Shown here in pieces: positions 35,947-38,431 of a stretch of DNA of 38,431 bases. The position numbers were made by a program, and so were the translations under genes. The DNA is from Acidimicrobiales bacterium (GTDB lineage Bacteria > Actinomycetota > Acidimicrobiia > Acidimicrobiales > SZUA-35). The notes beneath the pieces are model-generated. The model saw nothing but the letters and a program-made list of their open reading frames with translations. It was not told the DNA's origin and made no database searches. Where the stretch lies: positions 1 to 38,431 of the forward strand of contig JBFHEP010000003.1 of the NCBI GenBank assembly GCA_041584095.1. The letters run 5' to 3'. The first letter of the stretch is position 1. Each line of letters opens with the position of its first letter.

Positions 35947-36113
35947 GGTGACAATGGTAGTCGCTGCCCCTTCCGGGCTCGGCGACGCGACACTCGTCAG
36001 CGGTGGAATCTTCTCGACAGGCCCTCTCTGGCGACACCGATTTGTTAGCCTGGCTGTTGCTGGTCATACACGGCCGGTGCTGGAACACGTCCGCCCGCCA
36101 ACGAGCAGTCCGG

Positions 36114-36533
36114 ATGCCTCCCACCGTCCGGATCGGCGTCGTGCCGAGTGATGGAGGTTCAGTGACTATTTCGGTGCGGCAATTGGCGACCTGGGTCGGG
36201 CTGTTCGGTTTGGTGACCGTCGGGCTGATGCTCATCGGACAGCTGACGATCGGACGGTTCCTGGCCCTGCTCCAGCTCGGTGGCCTCGTCGGAGCACCGC
36301 TGGCCTGGCTACTGTACCCGCAGCTGCGATCACGAGCCGTCGTGGCGGTGATCGGCGTGGCCCTGTCGATCGCGCTGTCGGCGCTGGCGGCACAAGCGCT
36401 CGTCTGGTTCAACCTCGCCGAACCGGAGCTGGTCGTCCTGGCCGCGACCGCATACGGGGTGGTGCTGGCCTGGCTGCTTTCGTCAGAGCAGCAGCTGGCC
36501 GTCGAGGAGACACCGGAGCACGTGTCCACGTGA
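36114..36533 (+). CDS. Small integral membrane protein (about 4 TM)
   Basis: Four hydrophobic stretches; GTGA overlap with the next gene; start uncertain. Confidence 0.7.
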   Translation: MPPTVRIGVVPSDGGSVTISVRQLATWVGLFGLVTVGLMLIGQLTIGRFLALLQLGGLVGAPLAWLLYPQLRSRAVVAVIGVALSIALSALAAQALVWFNLAEPELVVLAATAYGVVLAWLLSSEQQLAVEETPEHVST

Positions 36534-38302
36534 TCGCCCAGCTCGAAGGCGCACAGCACACCGCGACGCCCCAGGTCGGCGAGCTCAACAGGCTCGGCAA
36601 CCTCGGGCTGGCCCTGGCCGCCGTAGCCGCCCTCTGTGGCCTTGTCGGCGGTCGCGCGGTCGATTCGCAGCTGGTGGACGGACTCGGGCTCCTGAGGGCC
36701 TTTCCCAGTCTCTACTGGACGGGTGTCGCACTGGGTGCCGTGGGGACGTTCATCCTCCTGCGGGTGGCCGCAACCAACGAGGGAACCCGATACGCCCCCG
36801 CCGTGCCGATGCTCTGGATTCTGCTTCTACACACCGCACCCCAGCTTGCGCACGCCCACCCTCGCTTCCCGACGGCCTGGACGCACCTCGGTCTCCTCGG
36901 TGTTCTCGACGCCACGGGCACCGGTGACGTGGTGACCGACCCCCGGCTCGGGTGGCCCGGTGTCCACGGGGTTTTCATGGCACCGCTGGCAGGGCTCGAC
37001 AGCCGGCTACTCGAGAGCCTCCTGCGCATCTGGCCAACATTCATCACGGGCACCACGACAATCCTGGTCGCCGCCCTCGCCCGCAGATCCTATCCCACGG
37101 TTCCACTCATCGGCTCACTCTCGGCATTCACCTACGTTCTGTTGGCCTGGACCGGTCAGGACTACTTCTCGCCGCAGAGTATCGGCCTGCTTTGGTTCGT
37201 CGCGATTCTCGTGCTGCTCGAGAGCGGTCCGCTCCAGACCGGTACGGCCTGGAGCAGCATGGTCCCGATCCTGTCCGGGGTCTCCGCGTCGGGCGGTGAT
37301 CGGCCCGCGTTGCGGTCCACAACGGCGTTCGTGGCGTTGATGGTGCTGAGCCTCGGTGCCGTCGTCTCCCATCCCATGGCCCCCCTGTTCATCTGCCTGG
37401 CCCTCTTTCTTCTGGGTCTCTACGGACGCTCCATGGCCTGGCGTCTGCTGCTTTTCGTGGGGCTGGCCTACATCGTCTGGTTCCTGGTCTCCGGACACCC
37501 GTGGTGGAACGGCCCCGGTGATCTGACGAGGCCGTTCGCAGGCCTACTCGACCAGACGGCCGCCGAGCTGACCGGATCCGCCACCGCCGCGTCGCCGGAC
37601 CACCGGCTGGTGATGCGGTCCCGGCTGTTTCTCACCCTGGCGACCTTCGGGTCGGTCGCGCTCATGGGCATGGCGATGGGCGGGGAGCGCCTGCGCCACC
37701 TGAGGCCCGCCGTGCCACTCGTTCCACTGATCGCCGCGCCGGTCCTGCTGGTTGCGCTGGGTGGCTACGACGGCGCATCGATGATTCACGCCGTCTGGTT
37801 CACCCTGCCGTTTGCATCGATCCTGGCCGGCCGTGTCCTGGCCTCCGTTCGTGTCGGCGCGCTACCGGTGATCGGGGCCGTCGTCGCAGCCGTCCTGTGC
37901 CCGCTGCTGCTGCTCACCCGTTTCGGCGGCGAGCGATTCGAGTTCACCACCGAGCCGGACCGGGCGGCGATTCGGGCGGCCTACGACAGCGCCGACGACG
38001 ACACACTGTTCGTGGCCGACAGCACATTCATCCCGTGGGGCGACGAGGGGTTGGGCAGCAACGCCTTCGCCATCCGAGCCGTCGAGGCGTCGGAGGCCTG
38101 GATCGAGATGGTCGGGGCCGACGCGGCCGCCACCGGCAAGCGTCGAATCGTTGTGATCCTGACCGACGGCCAGGTCGGCTGGAGCGTTCACGGTCGGGGG
38201 CAATCCGCCGGCGCGCTCGACGAATTCGCAGAGTGGTTGCTGGAACGCCCGGATTCCCAGCTGCTTTTTCACGAGGAAAGATCCTGGACCATTGAGCTGT
38301 GA
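36530..38302 (+). CDS. Large polytopic membrane protein, possible GT-C-like glycosyltransferase/polymerase of an actinobacterial glycan cluster
   Basis: More than 10 TM segments with conserved-looking loops PRFPTAWTHLG, WPG, WTGQDYFSPQS and SHP, plus a soluble C-terminal domain. Confidence 0.65.
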   Translation: MIAQLEGAQHTATPQVGELNRLGNLGLALAAVAALCGLVGGRAVDSQLVDGLGLLRAFPSLYWTGVALGAVGTFILLRVAATNEGTRYAPAVPMLWILLLHTAPQLAHAHPRFPTAWTHLGLLGVLDATGTGDVVTDPRLGWPGVHGVFMAPLAGLDSRLLESLLRIWPTFITGTTTILVAALARRSYPTVPLIGSLSAFTYVLLAWTGQDYFSPQSIGLLWFVAILVLLESGPLQTGTAWSSMVPILSGVSASGGDRPALRSTTAFVALMVLSLGAVVSHPMAPLFICLALFLLGLYGRSMAWRLLLFVGLAYIVWFLVSGHPWWNGPGDLTRPFAGLLDQTAAELTGSATAASPDHRLVMRSRLFLTLATFGSVALMGMAMGGERLRHLRPAVPLVPLIAAPVLLVALGGYDGASMIHAVWFTLPFASILAGRVLASVRVGALPVIGAVVAAVLCPLLLLTRFGGERFEFTTEPDRAAIRAAYDSADDDTLFVADSTFIPWGDEGLGSNAFAIRAVEASEAWIEMVGADAAATGKRRIVVILTDGQVGWSVHGRGQSAGALDEFAEWLLERPDSQLLFHEERSWTIEL

Positions 38303-38431
38303 ACTCGGAACACCGCATCTCGAGACACCGCATCTCGAGCCGACCGGCGGGCCCAGTGACGGCGGGTCGTGTCATGCATGACAGCTCCATGCAGCTTCTG
38401 GGCCTGTTGACCTTGGTGCTGCCCTTGGTCG
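38299..38431 (+). CDS. Start of a further probable membrane protein, truncated by the window end
   Basis: GTGA overlap with the previous stop; frame stays open to the edge, ending in hydrophobic LLGLLTLVLPLV. Confidence 0.5.
   Translation, partial: MNSEHRISRHRISSRPAGPVTAGRVMHDSSMQLLGLLTLVLPLV
38310..38339. repeat. 15-bp perfect tandem duplication (acaccgcatctcgag x2)
   Basis: Read directly; in frame, encoding HRIS twice. Confidence 0.9.

Overview
High-GC, gene-dense chromosomal segment. Gene content and promoter style point to an actinobacterium, probably Acidimicrobiia-like (inference). I count about 36 CDS and see no rRNA, tRNA, CRISPR array or IS element. In order: (1) tail of an AtuA-type acyl-CoA catabolic operon (AtuA C-terminus, TetR, crotonase, acyl-CoA dehydrogenase, nitronate monooxygenase-like); (2) a metal-homeostasis module with a Fur/Zur regulator and His-rich CDF exporter divergent from a ZnuA/ZnuB-like importer that lacks its ATPase, with a Fur-type palindrome between them; (3) a short MetE (YxjG/H-type) divergent from a P450, then a cystathionine lyase with a candidate upstream leader ORF; (4) an Rpf-like transglycosylase coupled to an LMW phosphatase, a putative methyltransferase, an AhpD-like peroxidase, a secreted beta-helix protein and an LLM oxidoreductase; (5) lutABC, betA, SDR, bifunctional class II aldolase/SDR, mtnA and a DUF985 cupin, which is the best candidate for an uncharacterised (deoxy/thio)sugar-phosphate pathway; (6) tandem-domain ThyX, LysM-SLT, a very acidic DUF4193-like zinc-ribbon protein, a hypothetical, GNAT, NUDIX and a stand-alone OLD-type TOPRIM; (7) a large low-complexity hypothetical, a XerC/D-like recombinase and the start of a membrane/glycan operon. 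Many genes have a TAnnnT -10 box 5-8 nt before the start codon, suggesting leaderless transcripts. All family calls come from motif recognition by eye, with no database searches.
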